A stretch of 64,000 nucleotides of DNA from Nemertoderma westbladi (lineage: Eukaryota > Animalia > Xenacoelomorpha): contig JAUCBJ010008258.1 in NCBI GenBank assembly GCA_032718475.1, forward strand, positions 45,074-109,073, read 5' to 3'. A program made the translations under genes and the position numbers. The notes beneath the pieces were generated by a model. That model was not told the DNA's origin and did not search any database. It worked only from the letters and a program-made list of their open reading frames with translations. Positions 1 through 13,144 of this stretch are shown piece by piece (the stretch's first letter is position 1; each line of letters starts with the position of its first letter).

Positions 1-2963
1 TACAATATTTATTTAGTTAGCCATGGCTGCGAATGTCTACTACTTTCAAATGTTATTGAACAACAACATTATGAGACAAATTCGGTTTAATTTTTTTCAC
101 ACATTAGCGTAGACTAACTAAGACTCACTAGACTAGACTAGACTCACTAAAGCGTAGACAGTCTAAATATATTAGAATCATATTTTGGTAACAATATCGT
201 GCAATCGTGATGTGGAGTTTGAAGAGAACGAAAGAATCAGAATCACTCACAGTGGAGTATTAGAGAAAGACTCTGCAATGCAATTATTATACCCAGTGGT
301 GACTCCGAAGATAGTGGAATGGATTCCAACGATGAATCGACCTTCATAGGATTTGATGATGTTGAACGGACATTTATAGGGTATGGAGAGAGTGAATGTG
401 TCATTGACCCTGAGGACTTCGACTTTGAGCCTGCCAGGTTTCATAAGGAAATATCATCTTCAACTCAGTTCAATCTTAATGCATTAATGCAAATATTCAT
501 TGATGTAAAAGGAAAGCTCAACCAGTTAACCACAAATTCACAGGACCATCATTCCCTGATCCCCCAGTTGAGAGCCTATGTCCCATAGACTATTTTAAAA
601 CGTTTTTGATAATGATTTATTAGAACTAATTGTGGAAAACACAATGCAATACTCATTTCATAAAGGAATAACGAATTTTAAAACATCAAAAAGTGAGATT
701 GTACAGTTTTTACTGAATACTAGTTGTTATGCAGGTTATAAGTATGCCACAGTATCGGATGTATTGGTCACCCGAGATGAGATTTCTGCTGATTGCGGAC
801 GTCATGCTGGTTAATCAATTTGAGTTTCTTAAACGTTTTTTCCATCTGAATGATATCACCCTTGAACCACCGAGAGATAGTGAACAATGTGGCAAACTGT
901 ATAAAGTTCGACCCATGCTGGAATCAGTGAGAAGTAATTGTTTAAAAATAGTTCCCGAGGAGTATCAATATGTGTGGATGAGCAGATGATACCAACAAAG
1001 GCAAGATCAGCCTTGAAGCAATACATGCCTGACAAACCACACAAATGGGTATCAAAGTGTTTGCCCATGCCAGTGTAAGTGGCATTGTGCATGATTTTGA
1101 AGTTTAAACAGGGGCTAAGAAAAAGCCAAAGACTCCAGGAAGTAGAGAGTGGGGATGACAAGCGGCTGGGTCTGAATGAGGTAATTCGGGGTAATTCAAG
1201 AGGACGAGGTAATTCAAGACGACTGGGAAGTTACAAAGGGCACGGAGGGTCAATTGGTACAGGTTGTAGGTCTCAAAGGGGACTTGTTCAAATTTCGGAT
1301 GATAGTAGTGAAGTGGATGGGGACAGTATGGCTAAGGAAGGTGGAGTGGTTGGGGACAGTGGCAGTGGGGCTAAGGAAGGTGGCTTGGTTGCGGGCAGTG
1401 GCAGTGGGGCTAAGGAAGGTGGAGTGGTTGGGGACAGTGGCAGTGGGGCTAAGGAAGGTGGAGTAGTTGGGAACAGTGGCAGAGGGGCTACTAAGTGAGG
1501 TGGAATGGTTGGGGACAGTGGCAGTGGGGCTAAGGAAGGTGGAGTAGTTGGGGACAGTGGCAGAGGGGCTACTAAGGAATGTTGAATGGTTGGGGACAGT
1601 GGCAGTGGGGCTAAGGAAGGTGGAGGTGTTGTTGGTGGCAGTGGCAGTATGGCTGATGATTTTTATTTCGGCATTGGCCCAAATATTGTTGTGTCACTGG
1701 TGTCATCACTCAAACCGTATTGTGGATATAAGATGTTTTGTGATAATTATTTTACAACGCTAGAAATGTTTAGATATTTATCCACGAAAAGAATATGGAG
1801 CATGGGAACGCTAAAATGCTTTGAGGGGTAGGCAGCAAATTAAAAGACAAAAATGTGATGAAGGATATGGGGCGAGGTACATCAGACTACATAGTTGACG
1901 CAAACAGCAGTATCATTGTGGTTCGTTGGATGGGTAGTGTGGTAGTACAAATCGCGTCCACATACATTGGTCCAGAGATGGGTTCCATTGCAAAGCGTTG
2001 GTCTAAGCAGCAAATGAAACAAACATATTGAAATAGATCGCCCTCTCATGATTGAAGAAGAACAAGTTCATGGGTGGCATTGACCTTAGTGATATGCTTA
2101 TGGCACTCTATCGTATTCGCATTGGTACGAGGAAGTGGTACTTCCACATTATATTTTATTGTATAGGACTATCAATCGCAAATGGATGGATTCTCTACTG
2201 TCGCCATTTAGCTCCCACATTTTGCTCAAGACAACGAAACATGTCCCTTTAAAGGACTTTCAAATGGAGATAGGACGTGCGTTGATCCATGTGGGAAAAT
2301 TAAAATACACTGCAGATTTTATTGCAAAGCGTGGATGCCCATTTTAACTCAGCCCATGTGGGACTTCCACCTCCAAAGGTACTGATTACTAACATAAGAA
2401 GCCAATGCCAACAAAAGACCTATTCGGACATCTACCATCGTTTACAGAGGATCAACATCGTTGTTGATACTGTCCATCCGGCTATTCAAGATTGCAATGT
2501 ATCAAGTGTAACATTCATTTATGCTTGACAAAATCACCTAACTGTTTTTATTTGTTCCACATGCCTTTATAACTCTAGAAAGTATGTCAAATATTCATGC
2601 TACGCAATGTATTATTTTATCAACTTGTTTTGTCATTAATTATTGATTAACGAAAATTACAACATTGCAATTCAATTTCATTTTTTTATCATAGTGTTGA
2701 TATATGCCCCTAATAGAACTACTAAAAGCGAAAAAATATTGCTCAAAAACTCGTTTTGTAGCTAATCCTAGAGTTTAACTTATATTTCAATGAACCCCTT
2801 TTGTTCATGACGTTGTTGTGGAACAACAAGTTTATAACTTCTAAACGCTTGAATATTTTTCTAAATTTTTGTTTTAACGATGATACTGGAGCCAAATGTA
2901 TGAAAAATCTTTATTCAAATATTTTTTATCTCCAAAAATAAAATCCCATGAGGAAAGGGTTAA
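1..2963 (+). mobile_element. Degraded piggyBac-family DNA transposon (left end outside window)
   Basis: Frameshifted transposase pieces: YRMYWS, KRFFHLND..KLYKVRP, FCDNYFTT, MGGIDLSD..KWYFHIIFY, and a Cys-rich C-terminus. Right end reads CCCATGAGGAAAGGG|TTAA (2945-2963). Imperfect subterminal inverted repeat between 51-80 and 2801-2830. Confidence 0.88.
1320..1650 (+). repeat. 39-bp tandem repeat (about 8 units) inside the piggyBac transposase
   Basis: Unit GGGGACAGTGGCAGTGGGGCTAAGGAAGGTGGAGTGGTT, translating as GDSGSGAKEGGVV. Confidence 0.92.
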
Positions 2964-4494
2964 GATCCACCAAGTGAAACGCATTAATAATGGAGAACTT
3001 TAGTTTCACTTTAATTCGCAATATGAAATCACTGGTGAGACCCCTATGTATATTGATAGGCGGAGGAAGTCTACAGACTACAGTCTAAACAAACAAGTCG
3101 TCTCGGAGGTTTATCTCAATCACTATCCAGGGCCACCGATAAATCCGATTACACATTCCGATTCTGATGAACTTTCGAGTGAATTGTCAGCTCCTGGTGT
3201 AAATGCGGATGCCATAATTGGCCCTTCAGGGTCTCGACCGGTTAGATATCCCCTGAAAGTGGATATATCATTATTAGCTTCACAGACTTTCAGTGTATTG
3301 GCGTAGTACTGGAACGTGAATCAAGTGATTCAAATCATAAGATGGTCAAAGTAAAGTTCATGCGGAAAACTATAACTTTCTCTGGTAACATTGTATTCAA
3401 ATGGCTGGATAATATAGATATATATGTGGTCAAAGAACTATCTGTTTCTGGACTACTTCCAGCACCCGGTATGTCTGGAAGAGGAACTTATAAATTCAAT
3501 ACCGATTTGTCCATGTATGATAATGTCAAATAAAACTCTTTACTGTAATAATTGTTTCATTACTTCATTATTAATTTGTATTTGGTCTGTAATTGTATCT
3601 GTATTTGTCTGAACATCATTTTAGATACAGATATTTGATTAAAAAAAATTCCATCCCTGACTTTTCCAAGTAATATTTTTCGTTTCTTGTTCTTTGATTT
3701 GGGTCTATGAATGAAAAAAAAATGGAAACGGTAGCTGACATATATAGGTTGAGTCTATAGTTGACATATACAGTATAGGTTGAGTCTACGAAATTTTCAA
3801 GGACATGTGTTGAAACCCCATAAATATTAAACAAACACTTTTATGTTCTGGAAAGCTCCAAAAATATGTTTCCATCTCTGACAGAAGCAAAAACACAAAT
3901 AATAGTGTCAAAAATTAACATTATTAAATTTTTTTTTGTTTCATGATGTGACCTATCACAAGGACCATTTATATAATCTGGAAAATAATCGTTTATTTTT
4001 GTGATGTTTTTTATTTAATGACCTTAATTCGGTATCAAAATTCAGTCCCTGACAAAATTAATAAAAAATAATCACCAAATCATCATGCATATTAATTGTA
4101 CCTTTTTTTTAAAACATGCAAAGTCTTTCCTTCTCTAAATTAAAATTAAAATTAATTTTGTTGTTCATTAAAAATAGTACCCTCTAGCTATCTAATGACA
4201 CCATAATTATTGAAAATCATTATTATGAAGCTGCACAAATCAAAATACAAAAAATATCAAATTTTATGGTTAAAATCAATAATAGGCCTACGTATTAAGT
4301 GTGGTACAAGTACCAAAACCAAACGTTTCACAGTTTTGCTTTGCTTATGAATTAGTTCAAGTTTCCATCCAAAATCAATATCTATCGTTCACAGGGCCTA
4401 AGCATTTTTACTAATTAGGAAAATTTAAATGTGACCAAAGGAGATAGCTTCAAAACAACACAGAAATTTCACCGGTTACATCGCGCTTTGCCAA

Positions 4495-4640
4495 CTGTTG
4501 CGTTTCGGCAACAGTGGTAATTCGGCAAAAAGTTTTGTTTCTGCAAAAAAGATGCTTTCATCAAAAAAGTCGCGATTCGGAAAAAAGTTACAATTCGGCA
4601 AAAAAAGTTTCATTTCGGCAAAAAGTTGGTTTCCGGCACA
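4495..4640. repeat. Cluster of short TTCGGCAAAAAG-type motifs, possibly a DNA-transposon subterminal array
   Basis: About 7 degenerate copies, spaced roughly 15-40 bp apart. Confidence 0.5.
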
Positions 4641-5569
4641 AGAAAAATGTAAGTGACGAGGTGTTAGATCATGGTTGAATTCAATAATTAAAATTGTAGT
4701 CTATAAGTTGTAAAATTAAGCAAGTTACTGAAGATACAGAAATATTATAAATTAATTATTTAAGTTCAATAATAACTGGGATTTGAATGCTACAAAAGCA
4801 CTGTAATTGCTCCTCTTTATTTATTAGCTTTTTCATTCACTCAATGATGATACAATGCTCACACACACTATAATTATGGTATTATTACAACTACACAGTA
4901 TAATAATCATATGACAAGATGTCCTCTACCGGTACCTGTAGCACTGTATGTGTACTACTTAAAATGGGTATGTAGTGTTATAGTTTTAGGATAATTTAAT
5001 TGTTCAGCTATTAAGTGGTCTATTCTACTTATAATTCGAATAATATATGATTGTCCTTGTCTCCGGCCTCTCCAGCTAGATTGTGCTGAGGCTGGTGGAA
5101 GGGTGGAGCTGGAGCCACAGCAGGTGGTATCGGGAGGAGCAGTTGCCCGGGTGGCATTACGAACCAATCTTGGTCTCTGAGTGGTGGGTAACCTCAACAG
5201 CAGCTTGCGGTTGACCATGACCATTTCCTGCTGGTAGGTGCTGGGCCAGTTGGTGGTCGACACAGAGGCAAAAGGCCATGTGGTCCAGGTAGTGTACATT
5301 TATTATATGGTCTGGCAGAAGTACCATCAGATTCGAACAGAATACAACATAAATTTGAGGTCCGATTATTTAGAACAGCAGTACATGTAGTACCAGTACT
5401 CCAGTGCTGGGCTCTAACTGCTGAGTACACCAAATCTTCAAATTGCACTGGATGTCATTGGTGAAATACCTCATCTGAAGGCAACTCTAATGCAGCATCC
5501 AGATTGCTGTGAGTCTGTAAATTACAGATACATTCATCCATCACTGTCTATTAGGGCTCGATCGAAGTT

Positions 5570-6262
5570 CCAGCTCTGGCTCAGGCTGGAGTTTCATACA
5601 TCCGAGCCGGGGCAAGATACATAAGGGAAAGGCATGGGCAGCCTTGAATAGGCTTTCCAGGATTTGGGCTGGAGTTTCATACATCCGAGCCGGGGCAAGA
5701 TACGTAAGGGAAAGACATGGGCAGCCTTGAATAGGCTTTCCAGGATTTGGAAGTCACCAAGAATTAATCGGAAACTTAAGGTCCGGTTATTTAGAGCAGC
5801 AGTAGTTCCAGTACTCCTCTATGGGAGTCCATGCTGGGCTCTAACTGCTGAGGACACCAAATCTTTGGACGGCACATTCACAAGAATGCTACGCCGGGTT
5901 CATTGTGTCAAGTTCAATGCACACATCTCCAACCAGACACTATATAGCATTGGAAGTGTCTCATTGGTTCCCCCAAGCTTGACACTAGAACAAAATCGCC
6001 TCCGCTTTGCAGGACATTGCTTTCGCCGTGAGGACCATCCAGTGCATAATCTTGTACTTTGGCAGCCTCATGGAGTGAATAAGCATGGTGGCTTTCTTGA
6101 GACGCATCTTAAAGGACACTGGCCTTGAAGATGCGGATGATCTAGCAAATGTCATGGGTGATAGGGAGTTGTGGCGGTGCAATTTTGTCGATAAGCCGGC
6201 ACAGCATTCTTAAAAATGCAGCTGCAATGCAGCATGCCGATCCTAGTAGTAGTAGTAGTAGT
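5570..6262 (+). mobile_element. 5'-truncated RTE-clade LINE, 3' end with (TAG)n tail
   Basis: ORF 5664-6128 has LKVRLFRAAVVPVLLYGS..RLRFAGHC (RT C-terminal region). TAGTAGTAG tail at 6244-6262, an ~80-bp duplication at the 5' junction, and a degraded extra piece at 5358-5437. Confidence 0.9.
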
Positions 6263-6404
6263 AAGATAAGAAATCACCGTAATTCTAAACCACCAAATAT
6301 TTATTTTCTTTTCCACTCTTCACAGCTCTATATACCTTCACTTTAGCAGTACCACCGATCGATGTAATTGCGACCTGGGCAAATCACCGTTATTTGGGAA
6401 AATT

Positions 6405-6671
6405 TTTATTATTTGAATGGGCGAATCTTTTAGGCTCGTTAAGCCAAGGAATGCCTGTTCACCACCATGGGTGATCTTCCACAGTAAACCCTTCCACTCT
6501 GTTTCCCAAGTTGCCTTGGTTCCCATTTATCGACCACTAAAGGATGAAAGCCGGGGTTGGGGTAGGCTGCAGCATTTAAAGCACTGTGCCCAAACAGTGC
6601 TGCCCCATCTAGGGATCGAACCAGGGCTCCCTAATCGGAAGCAGAGTAATGTCACCACTAGACCAAGCTGC
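6405..6671 (-). mobile_element. tRNA-derived SINE
   Basis: Minus strand shows A box TGGTCTAGTGG, B box GGTTCGATCCC, a central GCTTTCATCCTT..GGTCGATAAATG block and an AATAATAAAA tail. The 3' part recurs at 41540-41626. Confidence 0.8.
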
Positions 6672-7029
6672 TTTTTATTATTTTAAATATTAAAGATTTT
6701 CAACTGGAGTAGTGTATTTTATTATTTTTTTTGGTGTAGACCGAATTTTTTCAAAATTTAACTATTGCAGACTTTAAACTAAATATTATCGTTATCCTGG
6801 GATAACAGACCATATACAACAATAAAGGGCTGTTGGTTGAAAGTCATCTTAGAATTCATCCTCGTCTTTAGGATTCCCCAGCTAAGTGTCGGTGTTCATC
6901 CTATCGGTTATATATTGAAGATGGTAGGTGGGTTAATATGAAGCGAGAGGAACGACTTTTTCACAATTTGCGTATGCGATATTTACCACACAGGCACAGT
7001 ATGTACTGTGAAATATTTAGTACCAGGTA

Positions 7030-7198
7030 AATAACTGGGAGCAAATCTTGGGATAGGAGTAGCGCCCACCCCTACCCTCGGGTAGAAGCTATTGAAAGAG
7101 GAGCCTTTGGGTCACCTCCGCCTTGGCCGACCTTCGGGTAGCAGCTATCAAAAGAGGAGCCTTCGGGTTGCCTCCAGCCTCGGTCGACTGTTTACTTT
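7030..7198 (+). mobile_element. Retroposon (SINE/RTE-associated) fragment with internal duplication
   Basis: GGAGTAGCGCCCACCCCTAC..AGCTATTGAAAGAGGAGCCTT..GGTCGACTGTTTACTTT resembles, from memory, a repeat common in invertebrate genomes. An ~55-bp segment is duplicated. Confidence 0.5.
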
Positions 7199-7901
7199 GT
7201 GAATGATTTGGATAATTTGGTTACGGTTTGCATAGTTAGCAGTTGGCATTTCTTTGGTTTGAAGAGCGTTGGTTCTAAAAATCAAGATTACAGAAGGGTT
7301 GAATATAACCAAAACAATAAACGAATTAGTTTTTGTTGGCCTACTAATACTACCTACTTACTACCTACTTGCCTACTAATATATAAATAAGCTGAAAATT
7401 TACCATAGCAGTTCCAAAAAAACATCCCCATTTTGGTTGTATAAATTGCTGCTTTCATTTGGAAAATTAATACAATAATTCTGCCACTGCAGTGCTACAC
7501 AATACACGTCCAATAATGGTGGGAGATAAAAATACTCTGGTTCCAGTCAAACTCCCACAATTTTTGTTCTACTCTGGCTCCAGCAACAAGCTATATACGG
7601 TGGCAACTGTTTATCTCTAATATCGAAATTCCCTCATGGTGATCAGCATGATTGAAATATTTGATATGTTGAGTGTCCTCTATCATGCTGGTGGAGTTTG
7701 ATTGAGTTCGTGAATGCTGTAGAGATAGGATGTTTTAATGAGTTATATTATGAACGCCCACAGTATCATCCATCATCATATATCAATGCCAAATAAAATA
7801 TATTATGCAACAAAACATTTAATGCACAACATAATTTGAAAATCATGAAAGTCACAGGTTCTGTTTACTACTGTATATTATCATTATTGATCTAATTATA
7901 A

Positions 7902-8059
7902 TTAACATAAAACTGCTATATTGCGCACTATAATCCGTTCAGACACTGCTGAAAAAACTGATTGTCCTGTGAATCTAAAATTAAAGGGATCCTACTAAAT
8001 TATCTTAGGTTCGATAATTTAGCATGAAGCATTCTGGGTTAGTACTTACTTGCTGATTG
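7902..8059 (-). CDS. GPCR putative 3' exons: 10-nt microexon 8050-8059 plus exon 7974-7902 (partial TM7-like)
   Basis: TTTTCAG|CAATCAGCAA|GTAAGT and TTTTAG|A keep the phase and give AISKFTGQSVFSAVSERIIVRNIAVLC*. No NPxxY/NFxxY motif is reached. Confidence 0.4.
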
Positions 8060-8122
8060 CTGAAAACTTATATAATAATATAATAACCATAAGTATATGC
8101 TATAATAACTTTACTATCTTAC

Positions 8123-8252
8123 CTCCTGGCAAAACAAAGTAATTTGGTATGTAGATTTTAAGATACGTAAATATGATATATCCAGGTAAACTGAAGATGA
8201 TAAATGCCAAGCTCGTGTAGAGTAACATAATAGTTAACTGCCTTTCTCGAAT
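8123..8252 (-). CDS. Class A GPCR exon 6 (ICL3-TM6)
   Basis: ttcag|IRERQLTIMLLYTSLAFIIFSLPGYIIFTYLKIYIPNYFVLPG|gtaag; 130 nt, phase 0 to 1. Confidence 0.88.
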
Positions 8253-9241
8253 CTGAATAATATTATGGCAATTAGTGTATTAGATAAGTTATATATGCAT
8301 ATTGTATTATACAAAGTAAATAATGAATAATAATACTGCTTAAATTGCCCAACAAAGTATCAATTTAAAACATTTTTTGTGGGAATCGAACCTACAAGTG
8401 TGAACTCAATGCAACCACTACACCATGGCAATTATATGAGAGCATAGGAAAATTATATCAACGATTTATTATTGTGGGGTTCTTGAAATATATTCCAACA
8501 TTTAAATAATGTAATTATTTATGACACTAGAATAATAGATAGATCTAGTTTAATAGCACATTATAGTACACCTTAATACAACAACCATTGTTAGGGGGTC
8601 GGAGCCCCCCCCCCCCCCCCCTAATTTTTTTCAAATTTCAATAAAATGCTAAGAAATTTGGTATGATGATAGATCGACACCTTTTCTTACTGGTGGCCTG
8701 GCCGGATTTTTTAATTTATGAGCTATTTCGATACAACAAGCCGTTTAAAACACATGCCAAGTCCCAGCGCAATCCCTCCGCCCGTTTTGGAGGAGTTCGA
8801 ACACAGTTTATAGGTATAGATAATCGAAGTCTTATTCTCAGTCGCAGTAAATTTAGCTTTAAAAAAATTGAGCATCAGTTTGTGCCAAATTCGGTCCAGC
8901 CAAAAAAAAAAAAATTCAACATTAAAAATGTTTTTGATGTTGTTCTAATCTATTATTGAGAATGATTGTGCCAATTAGCGAGAATTAGGAAGATGTTATT
9001 AGTTTTTGTTATAAATACGGCCCCAGGTGTCAAGAGGATACAAAGGGAGAAGACCCAAAGGAACCTAATAACTTTCGCATGGCTGTGTTCATAAAATGAC
9101 AAATAAGCGTCATTACCTACAATTAAACGACTCATCCATTATAATGTTATATTTTTCTCAGCTGTATTCAATTATATTAAATATTTATACTACTAACTTT
9201 TTGCACAACTAAATAAATAATAATATATATTAGATAATCAC

Positions 9242-9376
9242 CTTTCTAATATTTGACTTATTAATTTCGATTGGTCCCTTCTTCAGAATTTTGGCAGCAG
9301 TTGCAACATTGAGTGGCACTATTAAAATACTTGGTAGTAGGAAACTGACAGTACATTGTGTATAATGGAGAAGCAT
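9242..9376 (-). CDS. Class A GPCR exon 5 (TM5)
   Basis: tttag|MLLHYTQCTVSFLLPSILIVPLNVATAAKILKKGPIEINKSNIRK|gtgat; 135 nt, phase 0 to 0. Confidence 0.88.
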
Positions 9377-9659
9377 CTAAAAGATAAAGAGCTAGATCTC
9401 ATATATAATATAGGTTATTCCGATAAATATTAGACGCCACTAGTCATATAAGAATGCATTGTGCCAAAAGCAGACAAACATTATAAATTTAAAATTATCT
9501 CATTAGATCACGATTTTCCATGATACTACTTTTCAATGTAGGAGGATAAGCAATTGTTATTTTTAAAAAAAATAGGTGCACTAGTAATGTTTTGTTTTTA
9601 TTTTTAAAATTGTTATTTATAAGTTTTGATATTATGTAGTGTCTGTTTTGATATTATGT

Positions 9660-9945
9660 AGTGTATATAGTGATATATCTGTTGCCTTACATCTCTCTGG
9701 AGGTCGTAGGTTCGATCCCTACATGGGGGCCAGGCTAGGAAATTTTTATTTCGACATGAATGCCAATGGCTTACTCACCATGGTATATCTTTATCTGCAT
9801 CCTTAAATGGTAGCTAAATGAGTACCAGTTTGCTTTGGGGATTGTAGTTCTGGGGGGATCGCACTTGAAATAAGTTGTTGGACTGGGTGTAATTATAACT
9901 TTTCTGCGCCTGAAGTCATGGCCCAAAACGATGCAAAAACACATT
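9660..9945 (+). mobile_element. tRNA-derived SINE (second family)
   Basis: B box GGTTCGATCCC at 9709-9719. Central CATCCTT..TAAATGAGTACC block resembles that of the SINE at 6405-6671. Confidence 0.65.
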
Positions 9946-10199
9946 TGCTCAATAGACTCAAATAATAAATAATAGACAAAGTTGACTGCAAGCAATCAGC
10001 TTTATTTTATCAATGTAATAATGAGGCTTATTTATTTGTATTTTCGCAGTTTTATATTAATTATTGTTCACCCTAGATTTTTATAAGATGTTTTTATCAT
10101 TTTTTTGGTTTTGCAACAAAACTACTGCCACCAACGTCTACATTGCTGTATTTGTAATCCATACAACAAAAAATTATTTAAAGTTAGTTAGTACATTAC

Positions 10200-10346
10200 C
10201 TGATATTTTATTGCGATTTCAGTAGCAATGCAAGATCTCCCTTCGTATAGTGCACCTTCTATCTCGTAGTAATTTGCAACTGATCCTCGCATAAATATGT
10301 ATGGAATTGCCATCCCAAAAGCAACTAATGCTATCAGTGCTATTAC
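10200..10346 (-). CDS. Class A GPCR exon 4 (TM4-ECL2)
   Basis: tatag|VIALIALVAFGMAIPYIFMRGSVANYYEIEGALYEGRSCIATEIAIKYQ|gtaat; 147 nt, with TM4 Pro and ECL2 Cys. Confidence 0.9.
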
Positions 10347-10621
10347 CTATAATGGATCAAATATCCATATAATATAGCTAATATAGCTAGTATATAGCTA
10401 GCTATATACTAGTTAACGATTAAAGATTATTAGTTAAAACGTCGCTTTTCAACTGAGTCGAAAGGGCTATTGAAACTTTTATACACAATGGAACTGACTT
10501 TATATAAAAAGTGATACAGTATAGTATAGTTATTCTAATAGTTGCAATTATAGAATAGCAGTCACAGGATGATAAACTCTTCCTACACTGATTGACCTGC
10601 TCCTTCCATATAAAAACTTAC

Positions 10622-10770
10622 CATAAATGGTCGTTTCTTTATCAACATGTTCGTATATATCATTGGATGATAGACACAAACAAATCTTTCTACACTGAGT
10701 GCAGCTGTAATCCAAGCATTTAGATTCAATGTAAAGTAGTTTACTGTCAGAGAAATTGAACACCAGTAAC
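10622..10770 (-). CDS. Class A GPCR exon 3 (TM3, ERF variant of DRY)
   Basis: cacag|(G)YWCSISLTVNYFTLNLNAWITAALSVERFVCVYHPMIYTNMLIKKRPFM|gtaag; 149 nt, phase 1 to 0. Confidence 0.92.
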
Positions 10771-12040
10771 CTGTGGGAAATTGTGATCCATTGAAGTTTA
10801 ATAATACTAACTACATATCCTACTTATCTACTATCTACCTATATGTTTGTATAAAAAAAGGGGTAATTGTGAAGTGATCAAAAGGGATATAACCTATTTT
10901 ATTACAGAATTTTATTAAAGCAAAAATTCACCTATTGCTTGTCTCACTCTCATTAAAATAATTGAAATGTATATTATTAACATTATTAAGCTAAATTATC
11001 AACTATTAAAACTGTGAACTTAGTTCAAAATATCCGTGTAACAATTCAATTGTATTTATTATTTCTTTCTCCGATGGTGTTTCCTATTTGGGTACTTCTT
11101 TAATTTACTCACCCCCCCCCCCCCCCCCCCCCATCCCCTCAAAAACCCTGATTGCATATAAATTTTTTGCTTTTTTTTTCTAGAACAAATATTTGACGTT
11201 CTGACAATAAGATTGTAGCTGGTAACTTTGATTTTGTGTTAGATGGACTTTTTATTAGCTAGTAAAAAAATAAGTTACTAAAAGTAATAAATTACTAGCA
11301 ACCATGACTCAAATTATTGAATTTGTTGATGATTGGGAAATTAATTACCTTAAAAATCATTAGATACCATAAAAAAAATAATAGCTAACCTCTCTCAGAA
11401 GATGTTATTAATGTACTGTACATCATGATATTAACCATTAACAAGTTCAAAAATTGATCAAAAAATAGGTACCAAAAATGAGGTTTTGTAATTTAAAAAA
11501 CCTCTCTTTAAAAAAACTCTAGCTACCATAAAAAAAACAATAGCTAAAGCCTCTCAGAAAATGAAATTTATGTTCTAGAAAAAAAATCAAAAATGATACT
11601 CCAAAAAATCTGGGGGTAGGGGGGTAAAATAAAATAGCACCACTGTTTGCACCTATTCCTCCACCAACAAAATAATAATCTTCATATATTTACTACTGGT
11701 CGGAATCAGTGATGGTAATGAGAGATGAATGAAACATTATTGTTAAGAAGTTAATGTTAGGGAGTAGGCGAGTTGAGATCCAGGTAATAACATTGTTAGT
11801 AGGGGTTGGATCACTGAGTAGAATTTAATATTATCTCAGAGTTATTATACAGAAATATGAGATTATATTAATTTGTTTGGATAAATATCCTTTATCTTTT
11901 TAGAGAAAGTAGTTTTTGTAACTTGATTTTTAATATCTGTATCTGGTTGTTAATTTTAGGATGCCCTAAATTGTTAGTTCTGTATACATATAAATTTGAA
12001 AAGCTCCTAAATAATGACAGGATATTTATTGCCAGACAAC

Positions 12041-12450
12041 TTTGTGGAACAATTAGTGTCGGAGTCTATAATCTCAGAGTACCTATTGGTGACATCTCCT
12101 TTGCTGAAGTCAAGAGCATTACAATCCACAACACTCGTGCCAGTGGTGTAGATGATGATCGTCTTTAAAATACATGTCTTTGGAGCTCATTCACCACTTC
12201 ATAGTAGTTTTGTGGAACAATTAGTGTCGGAGTCTATAATCTCAGAGTACCTATTGGTGACATCTCCTTTGCTGAAGTCAAGAGCATTACAATCCACAAC
12301 ACTCGTGCCAGTGGTGTAGATGATGATCGTCTTTAAAATACATGTCTTTGGAGCTCATTCACCACTTCATAGTAGTCATGCACCGGACAAAGAGAGTCCC
12401 ACAAGATATGAAAACGAATAAGTTGGTCCCTATTCCAAAGAAGGGCAACC
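12041..12450 (+). mobile_element. RTE-like LINE fragment with an exact 168-bp tandem duplication (12041-12208 / 12209-12376)
   Basis: GDISFAEV..RASGVD and KLVPIPKKGNL pre-RT motifs; the direct duplication is visible in the sequence. Confidence 0.75.
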
Positions 12451-12552
12451 TAACTCTGAGGATCTTTTCTTTGAATCTCAAAAAAAGAGTAAAAATAAAT
12501 ACTACTGCAGACAACAAAATAATTTGAAAATTATAAAGTAACTTGCACTAAC

Positions 12553-12736
12553 CGAAAGTAAACTGAACTGCAGGCCAGAGTTTGATGTATACCAGATGAC
12601 CACCACCACTCAGTGGCATGCACAAACAGTCTGCAGCAGATGTTGCCATGATATAATATTTGGTATGGGTTTTCATATATTGGCTAAATCCCATTACAAC
12701 AACAGCAATGAAGTTTGAGATGAAACCTAGTATAAT
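12553..12736 (-). CDS. Class A GPCR exon 2 (TM1-TM2)
   Basis: cacag|IILGFISNFIAVVVMGFSQYMKTHTKYYIMATSAADCLCMPLSGGGHLVYIKLWPAVQFTF|gttag; GxxxN in TM1 and AAD in TM2; 184 nt, phase 0 to 1. Confidence 0.92.
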
Positions 12737-13144
12737 CTGTGAGAAAAAAATGCTGATCCATATCTAAAATAAATCGAAAAATAGTTCAAGAAATCACCTA
12801 AAATTTAAATACTGTACCCTGTAATTATGGCATTGTACCAATCCAATAAAGTAAAAAAAATGATACAAGTGACAGGACTTCATCCATAAAGATTAAACAA
12901 CTCTCCGAAACTAGTTAGGGAGAGGCAGGCCCTGATTAAGCTTTTTGGCTAATTGCCCAGGGCCCCGACTTAACAAGGGGCCCCGAAGGGGCCCCCGTGT
13001 CATCTTGTTATAGATCTTGTTGTAGATCTTCTCCTGTCAAGATTTTGTTAAGATCTGATCCACAAAATAGGTGAGCCATCGCATATAGTGGTATCATTCG
13101 TGGGGTCCTCTGTCGGTCTGTCTTTCCCTTTTTTAAATGCACAT

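Noticed and set aside
4955-5516. GC-richer stretch as a host exon
   Set aside because: Stops follow the acceptor in all three frames, a LINE fragment interrupts it, and no product is recognisable.
8953-9135. ORF-track peptide as GPCR TM5
   Set aside because: Wrong phase; the exon at 9242-9376 fits TM5 and joins in frame.
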